From the NCBI GenBank assembly GCA_963790205.1, contig CAWBNQ010000010.1:64001-128000 (forward strand): 64,000 nucleotides of DNA, written 5' to 3'. A program made the translations under genes and the position numbers. The notes under the pieces are model-generated. The model did not search any database. It was not told where the DNA came from and saw only the letters and a list, made by a program, of their open reading frames with translations. Below are positions 47,850 to 57,089 of this stretch, piece by piece. Numbering within the stretch: position 1 is the stretch's first letter; each line of letters starts with the position of its first letter. This DNA is from Nitrospirota bacterium. Its GTDB lineage: Bacteria > Nitrospirota > UBA9217.

Positions 47850-49073
47850 ATGGGAAAAGCCTTGTTTTTTTCAGCTCTGAAGGGAGGTCGCCCGGCATCA
47901 ACGACGCTGCCTCTCCTCGCTCTTCTCTTGTTTTCAGCAGCCTGCGCGCCCCGGCGTGCGCCGTCGGTAACTGAAACAGCCCTGCACTACAGCCCTGTCA
48001 GGATAGCATACGACGTTCCCGCGAGACCAGGCAGCCTGGCGTGGTCGCCTGATGGAAAACGCCTGGCATTCATCGGCAAGACGCTGACCGTCTACGATAC
48101 GGGATCCGGCGAAAAAAAGTCCTTTTCAATCGATAACCCTTACTATACGGCATGGGCGCCCGACAATACCCTCTACGTCCTGTCCCGCGACAGGGCGGGC
48201 AACGGCATTTTGTGTTCGCTTGAGGGGAAGGATTTTGCGATCAGGCCCATTTCCCTCGCTTATGATGCCGACGCGATCTACCCGACCGCTGACGGGAAAA
48301 GCCTGATCATCCTGTCCACAACGATGAAAAGTCTTTCCTTTGGAACGACGATCAGCAGCGCCGTTGTTCTTCGGAACGTGGCAACGGACAGGTCGAAAAC
48401 CGTTTACCGCTCCACGAGAACCTATATGATGAAAAATCCGGACGCCGCTCTCTGGACGGCGTGGATGCATGCGGGCCCGAGCCCGCTCGATGATGCAATG
48501 CTGGTCATGGAGCACGTCAAGCCGCCGGAAGTCGCATTCTACACAAAAGTGAACAGTATCGATCTTGCGACAGGAGAGCTTTCGGAAATGTCCGATCCGA
48601 ACACGAAGAGGACCTATCTCTCAGCGAGCTGGTCTCCTGACGGAAAACGGGCCGTGATGACCGACGGCAACGGCCGTATCGAGGTCCGGGACCGGCTGGG
48701 CAAAGGTATTGTTATCGACTGGTCGCTCACCGGCATTTACCCGTCATGGGACCCCAGGGGAAGCAGGATCTATTCCGGCGGTTGCCTCATCGATTCCGAC
48801 GGAAAGAACAGGGAAACCTTGATTGCCAACGCCGCCGGAAGCATCGCACAATGGTCCCCGGACGGCGCCACGCTGGCGGTCGCGACGGGCGAGGAACTCC
48901 TGCTGTTTCGGGATATTCCCGCGTCTTACGTCTTGCCCGACCGGCCGCTCGACAAGGCCTTGTCCGAAAAGCTGTTTTTGCTGAAAGATCTTTTGGCAGA
49001 GGGCGTCATCTCTCCCCGGGAGTATACTGAAAGACGCAACAACCTTATCGGGAAGCCGGAGGAAGGGAAATGA
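47850..49073 (+). CDS. Lipoprotein with a TolB/WD40-like beta-propeller and C-terminal SHOCT-like domain
   Basis: FSAAC lipobox-like sequence, repeated WSPDG, LLAEGVISPREY. Confidence 0.75.
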   Translation: MGKALFFSALKGGRPASTTLPLLALLLFSAACAPRRAPSVTETALHYSPVRIAYDVPARPGSLAWSPDGKRLAFIGKTLTVYDTGSGEKKSFSIDNPYYTAWAPDNTLYVLSRDRAGNGILCSLEGKDFAIRPISLAYDADAIYPTADGKSLIILSTTMKSLSFGTTISSAVVLRNVATDRSKTVYRSTRTYMMKNPDAALWTAWMHAGPSPLDDAMLVMEHVKPPEVAFYTKVNSIDLATGELSEMSDPNTKRTYLSASWSPDGKRAVMTDGNGRIEVRDRLGKGIVIDWSLTGIYPSWDPRGSRIYSGGCLIDSDGKNRETLIANAAGSIAQWSPDGATLAVATGEELLLFRDIPASYVLPDRPLDKALSEKLFLLKDLLAEGVISPREYTERRNNLIGKPEEGK

Positions 49074-50383
49074 GACGACTCTGCATGCCAGCGGTTCTGC
49101 TTTTCATCATGACCGCGCTTGCGGCCGCCGCTCTTGCCGGCGACGCCTGTCTTGAATGCCACGAGAAAAAGACGCCCGGCATCGTTCGTTACTGGCGGAA
49201 GAGCGCGCATTTTCAAAAGAAGGTGGGTTGCATTGACTGTCATGGCGACAATACCGGGGCCAACCATAAAAGGATCGTGGTCGTTGACGCTGCAAAGTGC
49301 GGCGGATGCCACAAGGCGGAACTTGCAGACCACAGGGACAGCAAACACAGTGCCGGTCTCAAGGCCGGAAGCGGGTGCACGAGAAACCAGAAAAAAACAG
49401 ACGAGCAGCAAAAGAGCTGCGCCCTCTGCCATAAGCCGGACTCTGCCGAACCGCTCGCAAAAATCGATTGCGCCATGTTCCTCGCCCAGAGCCCGGAGAT
49501 GCGGCGCCAGGGATGCACCGCCTGCCACCTGGTCGAGACCCGGTGCGACACCTGTCATACGAAGCACGGCACCGACCTCGCGTTCGCGCGCGACCCCGGC
49601 ACCTGCGGTACCTGCCACATGGGCCCGGACCATCCGCAGGAAGAGATGTGGGAGACCTCCCGCCACGGCGTTCTGTACAAGCAGGCGGGAAAAGAGCTCT
49701 CGCCTTCCTGCGTCACGTGCCACATGCGGGCCGGCTCGCATAACGTCAGCAGGGGCATCAGTTCAGGCTTGCCAAAGGAAGCCCCGGGAAGGAGGAAGGA
49801 GGAGCGCGACTTCATGCTCACCATCTGTTCGGAATGCCATACCCGGGATTTCTCCGCGAGAAACCTGGCTGACGCGGACCGGGTCGAAGAGCAGAGCGCC
49901 CTGATGGTGGAAGAGGCAAGGCAGATCATCGAGGGGCTCCAGAAGGACGGGCTCCTTTCGCCCTCTCCCCGGGAACGGCCGGCCCATCCCCTCTTCGGCA
50001 GGACGCTCGTCCTCGACTCGCAGATGCTGTATGAGAATCTTTCATCTGTCGAAGCGCTGTTCTTCAAAATGAAAAAGTTCTACGCGCCTACCTCGTACAA
50101 AGGCGCCTTTCACCAAAACCCGGACTACGCCCATTGGTATGGGAACGCCCCTCTGAAGCTCACCCTCTCGGAGATAAAGAGCGAAGCGGCGCTGCTGCGC
50201 AGGGTGGACGCTCTCGGAAAGCGGCTCGACAACCTCGGGGCCGGGGCCGGGGAGGGAAGCGCGGGGTTCGAGGAGGTAAAAAGGAAGCTCCGGGAGCTGA
50301 ACGAGCAACGGCTCAAGGCAGAGATATCCGAGCAGGAATATCAGAAGAGAAAGAACATCATCCTCGATGAAAAGGGACTGTAG
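49070..50383 (+). CDS. HAO-family-like multiheme cytochrome c (9 CxxCH) with a SHOCT-like tail
   Basis: CGTCHMGPDHPQ..W..SRHG, GAFHQNPDYAHWYG, EISEQEYQKRK. Confidence 0.85.
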   Translation: MRRLCMPAVLLFIMTALAAAALAGDACLECHEKKTPGIVRYWRKSAHFQKKVGCIDCHGDNTGANHKRIVVVDAAKCGGCHKAELADHRDSKHSAGLKAGSGCTRNQKKTDEQQKSCALCHKPDSAEPLAKIDCAMFLAQSPEMRRQGCTACHLVETRCDTCHTKHGTDLAFARDPGTCGTCHMGPDHPQEEMWETSRHGVLYKQAGKELSPSCVTCHMRAGSHNVSRGISSGLPKEAPGRRKEERDFMLTICSECHTRDFSARNLADADRVEEQSALMVEEARQIIEGLQKDGLLSPSPRERPAHPLFGRTLVLDSQMLYENLSSVEALFFKMKKFYAPTSYKGAFHQNPDYAHWYGNAPLKLTLSEIKSEAALLRRVDALGKRLDNLGAGAGEGSAGFEEVKRKLRELNEQRLKAEISEQEYQKRKNIILDEKGL

Positions 50384-50436
50384 CGTTCTTTAGCAGCCTG
50401 CGCTCCGCATTCCGAATTCCATCTTTCCTCATATCT

Positions 50437-51588
50437 TCATATCTTCTCAATCATCTTTCTGAAGTATCGGCAGTTCTCGACAAGGTCAGGGCCGTGCTTG
50501 AAGAGCCCGCCGCCGATGAGGAATATCAGGTCCTGGCCGTAGGTTTCGAGCATCTCCGGCACCCGATCGAGGCTCATGCCTCCGCCCGGCGCGGGGAAGA
50601 TCGGTTTTAACTGTCCCAGGGGAATACTCGTTTCTTCGGCGATGTCCATGCACTCCTCGCGGCTAAAGGAAAAGCGTCCGCCGAAGTTCGGGAAAATGGT
50701 CGCGTCCGCGCCGCCGATACGGGCCAGCTGTCCGAAGATGACCCCGTGGGAAATACCGCTCCTGCCCGTCACGAAACTCCCCTGAAGAGCGGGGTGCGTC
50801 AGGATCGGGAGCGCAACGCTGTCATCGTCTGCCAGTTCGCGCATGAGGTCGAACCCGACGATCCCCGGCGCGACCATGAGGCCGCCGGTGCCGGCCTCTT
50901 TCGCGAACCTGGCCCGCTCCATCACGTCCTTGTGAGGGGCCGTAATGTTGGCGACATAGATGCTCCGGCCGCCTGTTTCCCTGTTCGCCCGGTCCACCGC
51001 CTCGGCGCAGCGCTTGACCCGCTCCTCAAAAGGAGAGCAGCACTGGTCCGTGAGCCCATGGTCGTCCTTGACCATGTCCATGCCGCCCAGGGCGAACTGG
51101 TACGCAAGGTCCGCAAGCTCCCGGCAGGACAGCCCCATAGGCTTTATTGCCGTGCACAAAAGCGGCCGCTTCGGGATCCTGAGCAGTTTTCTGATCCCTT
51201 CTCTGCCGAAGCGCGGGCCTTTAAAATGTCGGAGCAGCGACTCCGGAAGGTCGAGATGTTCCACGCGGATGCCGGGTTTGATGCTGCTGTTGCCGAACAC
51301 GACATTCAGGAACTGGGGCAGCTCGCCCGCCGCAATCTCTATTGCGTAGCTGATGATCGCCTTGAAACTTTCCCGATCAAACCGCTCAAACAGTTCGATC
51401 CGTCCGAACACCTGGTCCCTGATGATGCCCTCCGGCACCTCGTCAGCAGGAAACTCCACGGTCTGCTCGATGCAGATGTCCCCGGCCTTGGCCCGGGCCT
51501 CCTGTTCGCCGCCGTAGATGCGGTACGTGACGGAGAAGCGGTCCCCGGAAAAGAGGGAGGCTGGTGTGCAGGTTTGCCGTATGATCAT
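50437..51588 (-). CDS. RuBisCO-like protein (form IV)
   Basis: CIEQT, FGNSS, FKGPRFG..GIR, KPMGL, GGMDMVKDDH, PAPGGG, GGG. Confidence 0.9.
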   Translation of the reverse strand: MIIRQTCTPASLFSGDRFSVTYRIYGGEQEARAKAGDICIEQTVEFPADEVPEGIIRDQVFGRIELFERFDRESFKAIISYAIEIAAGELPQFLNVVFGNSSIKPGIRVEHLDLPESLLRHFKGPRFGREGIRKLLRIPKRPLLCTAIKPMGLSCRELADLAYQFALGGMDMVKDDHGLTDQCCSPFEERVKRCAEAVDRANRETGGRSIYVANITAPHKDVMERARFAKEAGTGGLMVAPGIVGFDLMRELADDDSVALPILTHPALQGSFVTGRSGISHGVIFGQLARIGGADATIFPNFGGRFSFSREECMDIAEETSIPLGQLKPIFPAPGGGMSLDRVPEMLETYGQDLIFLIGGGLFKHGPDLVENCRYFRKMIEKI

Positions 51589-51682
51589 AAATAAAAAGAT
51601 GCTTCTAATCCGGTAACAGCCGGTATTTCCGGCGACAGTACAATAATTGCGGGCGAAAAGCAAGGCTGAACAGAATGCGGCG

Positions 51683-52198
51683 TTAATAGATCAACGCGCC
51701 CGCCACACCTGCGCCGAGTATTATAAGCGTCGGTTCTCCTTTCATGAACACAAGCAGAGCAAAACTGCCGGCGGCTATGAGGCCTGTGGAGGCATCAACG
51801 ATGGACGCCCTGCCCAGGGTTATCGCAACAGCGGCGAGAAGTCCGATCACGGCAGGCCGGATGCCTTGGAAGCCCGCCTTCACGATCCATGAGTTTTTAA
51901 ACTTCAAATAGTAGTGACTGGCAAGCGTTACGAGGATGATCGAGGGCAGGTACGAGAAGACAGCCGCGCCGAGCGCGCCCCACAGCCCGAATATCCGGTA
52001 ACCGATGAACACGTTCATGATCGTAAGCGGTCCGGGAGTGACCTGCCCTATGGCGATGCTGTCGATAAACTCCTTGTTGCCGAGCCAGTGATAATGGTCA
52101 ACGACCTCCCGCTGAAGGAGCGGCAGCATCACATAGCCGCCGCCGATGGTAAACAGGTTGATGTAAAAGATCGTCCAGAAAAACCTAAGAATTTCCAT
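51683..52198 (-). CDS. Short-chain chromate transporter subunit
   Basis: TIGGGY, GQVTPGP, LPS. Confidence 0.9.
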   Translation of the reverse strand: MEILRFFWTIFYINLFTIGGGYVMLPLLQREVVDHYHWLGNKEFIDSIAIGQVTPGPLTIMNVFIGYRIFGLWGALGAAVFSYLPSIILVTLASHYYLKFKNSWIVKAGFQGIRPAVIGLLAAVAITLGRASIVDASTGLIAAGSFALLVFMKGEPTLIILGAGVAGALIY

Positions 52199-52745
52199 TT
52201 TTTTGATCTCCTCTGAACATGAGCAGTCCTGCAACGCCTGCGGCGACGATCAGCCCGATCGGGTTGAGCCTGAACACGGCGAGACACAGGAAGGCGACGA
52301 TGGCGATCACTATGCTTCTATATTCCTTCAGAAGTTTCCTGGCCATGTTATAAACAACCGATGCTATGAGACCGACAACGGCCGCACCGACCCCTTTCAG
52401 CACGGCTTTGAGCAATGCGATCTCCTGGTACTTGATATACAGAAAGGAAATGATCAGCACGAGGACAAAGGATGGCAGGACCTGGCCGAGAACGGTGGCA
52501 AGCGCTCCCCTCAACTTGTTCAGCGTGTAGCCGATGAATATGCCCGTATTGACGATGGGCGCGCCGGGCGTCAGTTGGCCCATGACCACGCTCTCGGCGA
52601 ATTCTTCATGGCTGAGCCACTTCCTTTTCTCCACGAGTTCCCGTTCAAAAAAGGCAAGCATCGAATAGACGCCGCCGAACGCGAAGGTGCCGATTTTGAG
52701 AAAAACCTTTAATATGTTTTTTACGGACGCGTCTCTGACCTTCAT
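52185..52745 (-). CDS. Short-chain chromate transporter subunit
   Basis: FLKIGTFAFGG, GQLTPGAP. Confidence 0.9.
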   Translation of the reverse strand: MKVRDASVKNILKVFLKIGTFAFGGVYSMLAFFERELVEKRKWLSHEEFAESVVMGQLTPGAPIVNTGIFIGYTLNKLRGALATVLGQVLPSFVLVLIISFLYIKYQEIALLKAVLKGVGAAVVGLIASVVYNMARKLLKEYRSIVIAIVAFLCLAVFRLNPIGLIVAAGVAGLLMFRGDQKNGNS

Positions 52746-52767
52746 AACCGCTTCTCCGATCAGGAAT

Positions 52768-53214
52768 TTATCGATCTTTTACCTTGCCTCGTTCGCCATG
52801 GACGCCGAGACCGCCTTTTTCAAACTCCTTCCGGATCACCCGGTAGAACTCCTTCTTTTGCTCCGGGCTGAGTAGTTCTTTTTCCTGGAGAATGTGGTCG
52901 ATCACTTCCCGCTCAAGCTTTGTCTGAAGGCCCGAGATCTCATTGCTTTTTTCCGCGATCGTCTTCATATCCAAGGACTCGGCAAAAAGGAGGTCGTTCA
53001 ACTGGAGCCTCTTTTGACGAAGCGACTGCCGGATTTCTTCTACTTTCGGCAGGAAATCCCCGCGTATATCCTCGACCTGTCGCTTCTGCTCATTGGTCAG
53101 GGCGATTAGGTCAAGATAGCCTCTGATGGGCTTTTGGCGCATTCTTGCGATCAGCCTGACGGCGAGCTGAATAATGATGATTGCGGAAAGCAGAATCAGG
53201 AAAATATCTTTCAA
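52768..53214 (-). CDS. Spy/CpxP/ZraP-like periplasmic helical protein
   Basis: N-terminal TM, LTNEQ and LSPEQ (LTxxQ) motifs. Confidence 0.8.
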   Translation of the reverse strand: MKDIFLILLSAIIIIQLAVRLIARMRQKPIRGYLDLIALTNEQKRQVEDIRGDFLPKVEEIRQSLRQKRLQLNDLLFAESLDMKTIAEKSNEISGLQTKLEREVIDHILQEKELLSPEQKKEFYRVIRKEFEKGGLGVHGERGKVKDR

Positions 53215-53639
53215 TTGCCGCCTCCTTGTATGGCAGTAAGGTAAACAGCCGCGAATGATCCTGGAGGAGAGTCGTCAAACGTGCGCAGATAGCCGCGCGA
53301 AGAAAGGTTCTTCCCGCCGGCAGCTCCGTATCCATCAGGGGCAAAGACAAAGAGCACCGCACTGCGCACAAAGGAAATAGCGGGATTGAGGAAGAGTTTG
53401 TTCCAGAAGGAGTGTCGCGGGATGACAGCGGCCTTATTGACGGTACTCTGTACAAAGGCCGGTGAAGGCGTCTCTTCGGGGATGGCCCCAAATAATATGC
53501 CGAGCTGATGAACAATTTCAGCCTCCCGTGCGCAGGAGGTACAGGTCTTTAGATGCTCCTCCATAAGTAAACGCTCTTCCGAGGAAAGTTCGTTGTCTAT
53601 AAATGCCGATAACTTATCTTTACAGTAGTCGCAGTTCAT
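53211..53639 (-). CDS. zf-HC2 anti-sigma factor
   Basis: MNC..LSAFIDNELS..EEHLKTCTSC. Confidence 0.88.
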   Translation of the reverse strand: MNCDYCKDKLSAFIDNELSSEERLLMEEHLKTCTSCAREAEIVHQLGILFGAIPEETPSPAFVQSTVNKAAVIPRHSFWNKLFLNPAISFVRSAVLFVFAPDGYGAAGGKNLSSRGYLRTFDDSPPGSFAAVYLTAIQGGGN

Positions 53640-53650
53640 TCTATATGTTT

Positions 53651-53676
53651 AAACACGGAGCTCAGGGAAAACCTTC
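53651..53676 (-). promoter_or_regulatory. Putative ECF-sigma promoter (also at 54641-54666 and 58862-58887)
   Basis: GAA-N16-CGTGT, with the same spacing in all three copies. Confidence 0.5.
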
Positions 53677-53694
53677 GGCAGTTCGAAAATATTT

Positions 53695-53762
53695 TTAGAG
53701 AAAGGGGGAAGGTGATTTTTTCAGGCTTTGGCGAGCCCGCTGGAGCAGGGATTCGACGGCGG
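53695..53762 (-). repeat. Copy of the ECF sigma gene 3' end
   Basis: Encodes PAVESLLQRARQSLKKSPSPFL*. Confidence 0.88.
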
Positions 53763-53797
53763 GCACGAAGCGGAACAAGGGGATGGAGTTGAGCTGT

Positions 53798-54106
53798 TCA
53801 AAGCACATCCCAAGGCTTGGGCTCCAACCGCCCCATGTCGCGTCCACCGTGGATAACCGTAAGAACCAGGATGCGGTCCGGCTCAACGCGGTATATGATC
53901 CGATAATTCTGGAAGAGCAATTCACGGATGACGTCGTCTTCAGCTTCGGGAACGGCCCTTCCGATGCGGGGATGGTCAGGCAGGGTTTCGGCAGCCTCGA
54001 TGATCCGGGCGACAAATTGGGCCGCGTAATAAGCGGAATCCTTCGCGATATAGTCCCTGATGCTTTCAAGATCGAGAACCGCAGGCTCGGTCCATTCGAG
54101 CTTCAT
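53798..54106 (-). CDS. RelE/ParE-family toxin
   Basis: WTEPAVLDLESIRDYI..P.IGR.VPE..YRIIYRV..VIHG.RD. Confidence 0.9.
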   Translation of the reverse strand: MKLEWTEPAVLDLESIRDYIAKDSAYYAAQFVARIIEAAETLPDHPRIGRAVPEAEDDVIRELLFQNYRIIYRVEPDRILVLTVIHGGRDMGRLEPKPWDVL

Positions 54107-54291
54107 TTGGTGAGCAGCCTCTTTTTTGCCTCCTCATGGGAAACAACGCGGCCCTCGTCAGCGGCCGTGAGACCAGCGGCGATCTTTTTCTTCACGTACA
54201 ACTCGTACATGATGTCGTCCCAGGTGGCCGTGTCAGGCAGCTTCTCGATCAGCTTTTTTGCTTCTTCTTTAATAAGGTTCATGGTTTTCAT
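54103..54291 (-). CDS. Putative antitoxin of the RelE/ParE toxin
   Basis: Small gene overlapping the toxin start by 4 nt. LPDTATWDDIMYELYV..GRVVSHEEAK. Confidence 0.8.
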   Translation of the reverse strand: MKTMNLIKEEAKKLIEKLPDTATWDDIMYELYVKKKIAAGLTAADEGRVVSHEEAKKRLLTK

Positions 54292-54335
54292 CTCCCGGCC
54301 TCTGCCCAATTGCATCTTGGTCTGAGTGCATTATA

Positions 54336-54470
54336 TCATTTCGCCGAAGTCTCAACAATCCTTATCTCATTTTCCGTCAAGCCGTACAACGCATACCCCA
54401 ACTGGTTAAGCTGCCGGACAACCGCGTCGGTCCGGCGCTAAAAAACGTTCTTTTCGTGGTCGATCTCGGC
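54336..54470 (-). pseudogene. C-terminal remnant of an Eco57I/type IIG-like restriction-modification enzyme
   Basis: Translates as AEIDHEKNVF*RRTDAVVRQLNQLGYALYGLTENEIRIVETSAK*. Confidence 0.6.
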
Positions 54471-54521
54471 TGATGATAAATCCCCCCGACGCAATTTCAA
54501 CAACAACGTCTCGGAATCGTC

Positions 54522-54629
54522 TCAGGAGATGCACATCTGAAGATGCCCCTCCATCAGCAAACGCTCCTCCGGGGAAAGTTCGTTGTCGATAAATGCCGAT
54601 AACTTATCTTTACAGTAGTCGCAGTTCAT
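54522..54629 (-). pseudogene. Truncated duplicate of the anti-sigma 5' end
   Basis: MNCDYCKDKLSAFIDNELSPEERLLMEGHLQMCIS*. ~54550-54690 nearly matches ~53560-53700. Confidence 0.9.
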
Positions 54630-54683
54630 TCTATATGTTTAAACACGGATCTCAGGGAAAACCTTCGGTAGGGCGAAAATATT

Positions 54684-54816
54684 TTTAAAGGGAGGAGAAA
54701 GCGACTTTTTCAGGTTTTGGCGCATTGCGGGGCAGAATCCCAAGCACCTGGACATTGTAGATAGGGGGTCAGCTGTTTTTTCAGGCTTTGGCGAGCCCGC
54801 TGGATCAGGGATTCGT
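54684..54816 (-). repeat. Two further copies of the ECF sigma gene 3' end
   Basis: 54756-54816 encodes ESLIQRARQSLKKQLTPYL. 54684-54723 encodes RQNLKKSLSP. Confidence 0.85.
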
Positions 54817-55078
54817 TTGCGGGAACAAAGTGGAACAGCGTGGAGCGGAGTGCGCGGAACCGAGCGGGGCGGCGGAGCGCTATTCAAGAGCCCACATGAA
54901 ATAACAAAAAATGAGACGCGCACCCGCATTCTACTCCCTTGCGATAATCCAGGTTTCGGTGGAGGTAGGTCGTCTTTGGCCTGCCCCCCCCCCCCGAATA
55001 TTGTACGAGATGGAGAGTTGGACTTTTAGGTTAATTTTATGCTTTTCTGATGGTCATCTTTTTATATAGTATTTACCT

Positions 55079-56146
55079 TCAGAATGAATAACGCACGCCT
55101 ATAGAAGCCGTGTAACGCGGTGCGAGTTGAATCCCATTGACATCCTGATAAACGGGCACTTGAACGAAGCCGTATGCCGAGACCTGCCGGCTGACCGACG
55201 CACTGATGCCGGGGCTGATATACAGCAATGTTCCACCGGTATTGCTTTGATCAGCGTTTGCTCCCTCATCATGCACAACGTTCCTAAGGTTAAGCTGAAG
55301 CAGGGGGGCAAAACCGGAAAAGCCCGCATAGCGCAAACCCACGTTCACGTTGAGACCTTCGCCTGGCTTGTACTGATTTCTTGAGTCCAGCGCTTTCTGA
55401 TAGATCGCCTGGGTGAAGTAATCCCAGTTTTGATTCAAGGCATCGGAATAATAAGCGCCCAGTATCGCATCGGTTGTACCGGTGCCCGGTTGCAAACCAC
55501 GGTCAATCGACACCGGACCGGGCGCGGTCGGGTCGGTCGATACTCCCTTTTCCATGAAACTGCCGGTCGGGAGCTTCACCCCGTAAAGAATGCCGAAGTT
55601 GCACTGGTGCGTAAATCCCTGATACCGGCCTATTACCTTTACGTCGCCGACGCTGGAAGTATGCGAATTGTACTGCCCCCCGCCGTCCCCCGGGGTGATC
55701 CCATCCGATGCGGTCCCGAGTGTGCTATGGTTTCGATTGATCCACGGTACTTGAACATTAACACCCCATTCGCGGCTGTTGCTGTAGTCGATGCCCATGG
55801 TCAGATAATTGTTCACCGTGTATTTCTCGACTTCCGCGGGATTCCCGTTTTCCACTACTTTGCCGGCGTCCGTTGGAGAAATCGTTCCATGTCCGCTCCG
55901 CAGCTGGTTCTGGTCCAGATAGTCGTAGCGAAGATCAAGCTTGATGCCCGGCGTGTAAGAAACGGGAGACTGCATATTTTCCCAATCGGAACTCAAGGAA
56001 CAACCGCAGCTGGCGCAAGCCATGGCATCCATTGAGTTCATGAGAACGATGACTACAGTCAGGCCAAGCGCGGCTGCGGTTTTAAGCGTTTGACGGATGA
56101 ATTTCTTCTGTACGACCGGATGCGCGAAAACTTTTTTTGTTCGCAT
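55079..56146 (-). CDS. Outer-membrane beta-barrel protein with an N-terminal CASCGC motif
   Basis: Signal then MACASCGCSL, GVKLPTG, QPGTGTTD, C-terminal GVRYSF beta-signal. Confidence 0.7.
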   Translation of the reverse strand: MRTKKVFAHPVVQKKFIRQTLKTAAALGLTVVIVLMNSMDAMACASCGCSLSSDWENMQSPVSYTPGIKLDLRYDYLDQNQLRSGHGTISPTDAGKVVENGNPAEVEKYTVNNYLTMGIDYSNSREWGVNVQVPWINRNHSTLGTASDGITPGDGGGQYNSHTSSVGDVKVIGRYQGFTHQCNFGILYGVKLPTGSFMEKGVSTDPTAPGPVSIDRGLQPGTGTTDAILGAYYSDALNQNWDYFTQAIYQKALDSRNQYKPGEGLNVNVGLRYAGFSGFAPLLQLNLRNVVHDEGANADQSNTGGTLLYISPGISASVSRQVSAYGFVQVPVYQDVNGIQLAPRYTASIGVRYSF

Positions 56147-56169
56147 GGTGAGACCTCCTCGTCAAGTAA

Positions 56170-56661
56170 TTATTGCTGTTTCAGCAACTCAACAATTTCT
56201 TGTTCGTACATCTGCAGAAATTCCCTGCCGAACCCCATATGCACATATCGGATAACTCCGTCTTTACCGATGATGAATGCCGTGGGCAAAGTTCTAAAGT
56301 TATATTCTCTTCTGATGACGCTCTTTTTGTCGATAAGGACCGTAAACGCAACCGGGACCTTTTGGAGAAATTCAGCAACGAGTTTTTCGGAGGGATCGAT
56401 AGATATTCCGATTACTTCAAGTCCGTCACTGCTATATTTCCTGTAAAGTGCGTCCAGTGAGGGGAATTCTTCTTGGCAGGGATCGCACCAGGGCGCCCAG
56501 AAGTCAAGGAACACGACCTTGCCCCTGAACTGCTTCAAGGTGACTGCTTTGCCGTTCACCTCTGCGAGACTGAAGTCCGGCGCCGAGGTTCCGACCTGTC
56601 CGGCATTTGCAAGAACGGGCAGGGCGAGCGCCAGCAATAGTGATAGTATGATGATTTTCAC
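56170..56661 (-). CDS. TlpA/ResA-family thiol-disulfide oxidoreductase
   Basis: APDFSL, DFWAPWCDPC, LPTAFII. Confidence 0.9.
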   Translation of the reverse strand: MKIIILSLLLALALPVLANAGQVGTSAPDFSLAEVNGKAVTLKQFRGKVVFLDFWAPWCDPCQEEFPSLDALYRKYSSDGLEVIGISIDPSEKLVAEFLQKVPVAFTVLIDKKSVIRREYNFRTLPTAFIIGKDGVIRYVHMGFGREFLQMYEQEIVELLKQQ

Positions 56662-56852
56662 TGGCTGAGCTCCTGTCTTGTATTCAAGAGGCACCGCTGC
56701 TCGCAGGATAATAAACAAGCTTTTGCAAGCTTGCTCATTTTAGTGCTGATCTTAAACCGCATATATGGTACTCTCCAGAAACTCATTAAATTTCCTTTTA
56801 CATTTTTAAACGTAACTACAATGATGTTCAGGGCTGTATTAAATCAAACCTT

Positions 56853-57026
56853 CTATTCTTTCTGATCTATCGCCGCGTCCTGTCCTTCTTTCAGCGCCTT
56901 TTTAAAGGACCTGATGCCTTTTCCGAGCCCTTCCCCGAGTTGGGGAAGCTTGCCCGGGCCGAAAACAATTAAAACGATCACGAGAATGACAATAAGGTGC
57001 AGGGGCTGAAACAAACCTTCGAACAT
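56853..57026 (-). CDS. tatA: Twin-arginine translocase TatA/E subunit
   Basis: [26 protein letters not shown]. Confidence 0.9.
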   Translation of the reverse strand: MFEGLFQPLHLIVILVIVLIVFGPGKLPQLGEGLGKGIRSFKKALKEGQDAAIDQKE

Positions 57027-57089
57027 TATTTCCACCACATGATACTGATTTTATGGAGCGGAAGGGTTTCCCCTTCCGCTCGCTCCTGT

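Noticed and set aside
50437..51588. CO2-fixing RuBisCO / Calvin cycle
   Set aside because: Short length, KDDH motif and absence of cbbS/prk indicate form IV.
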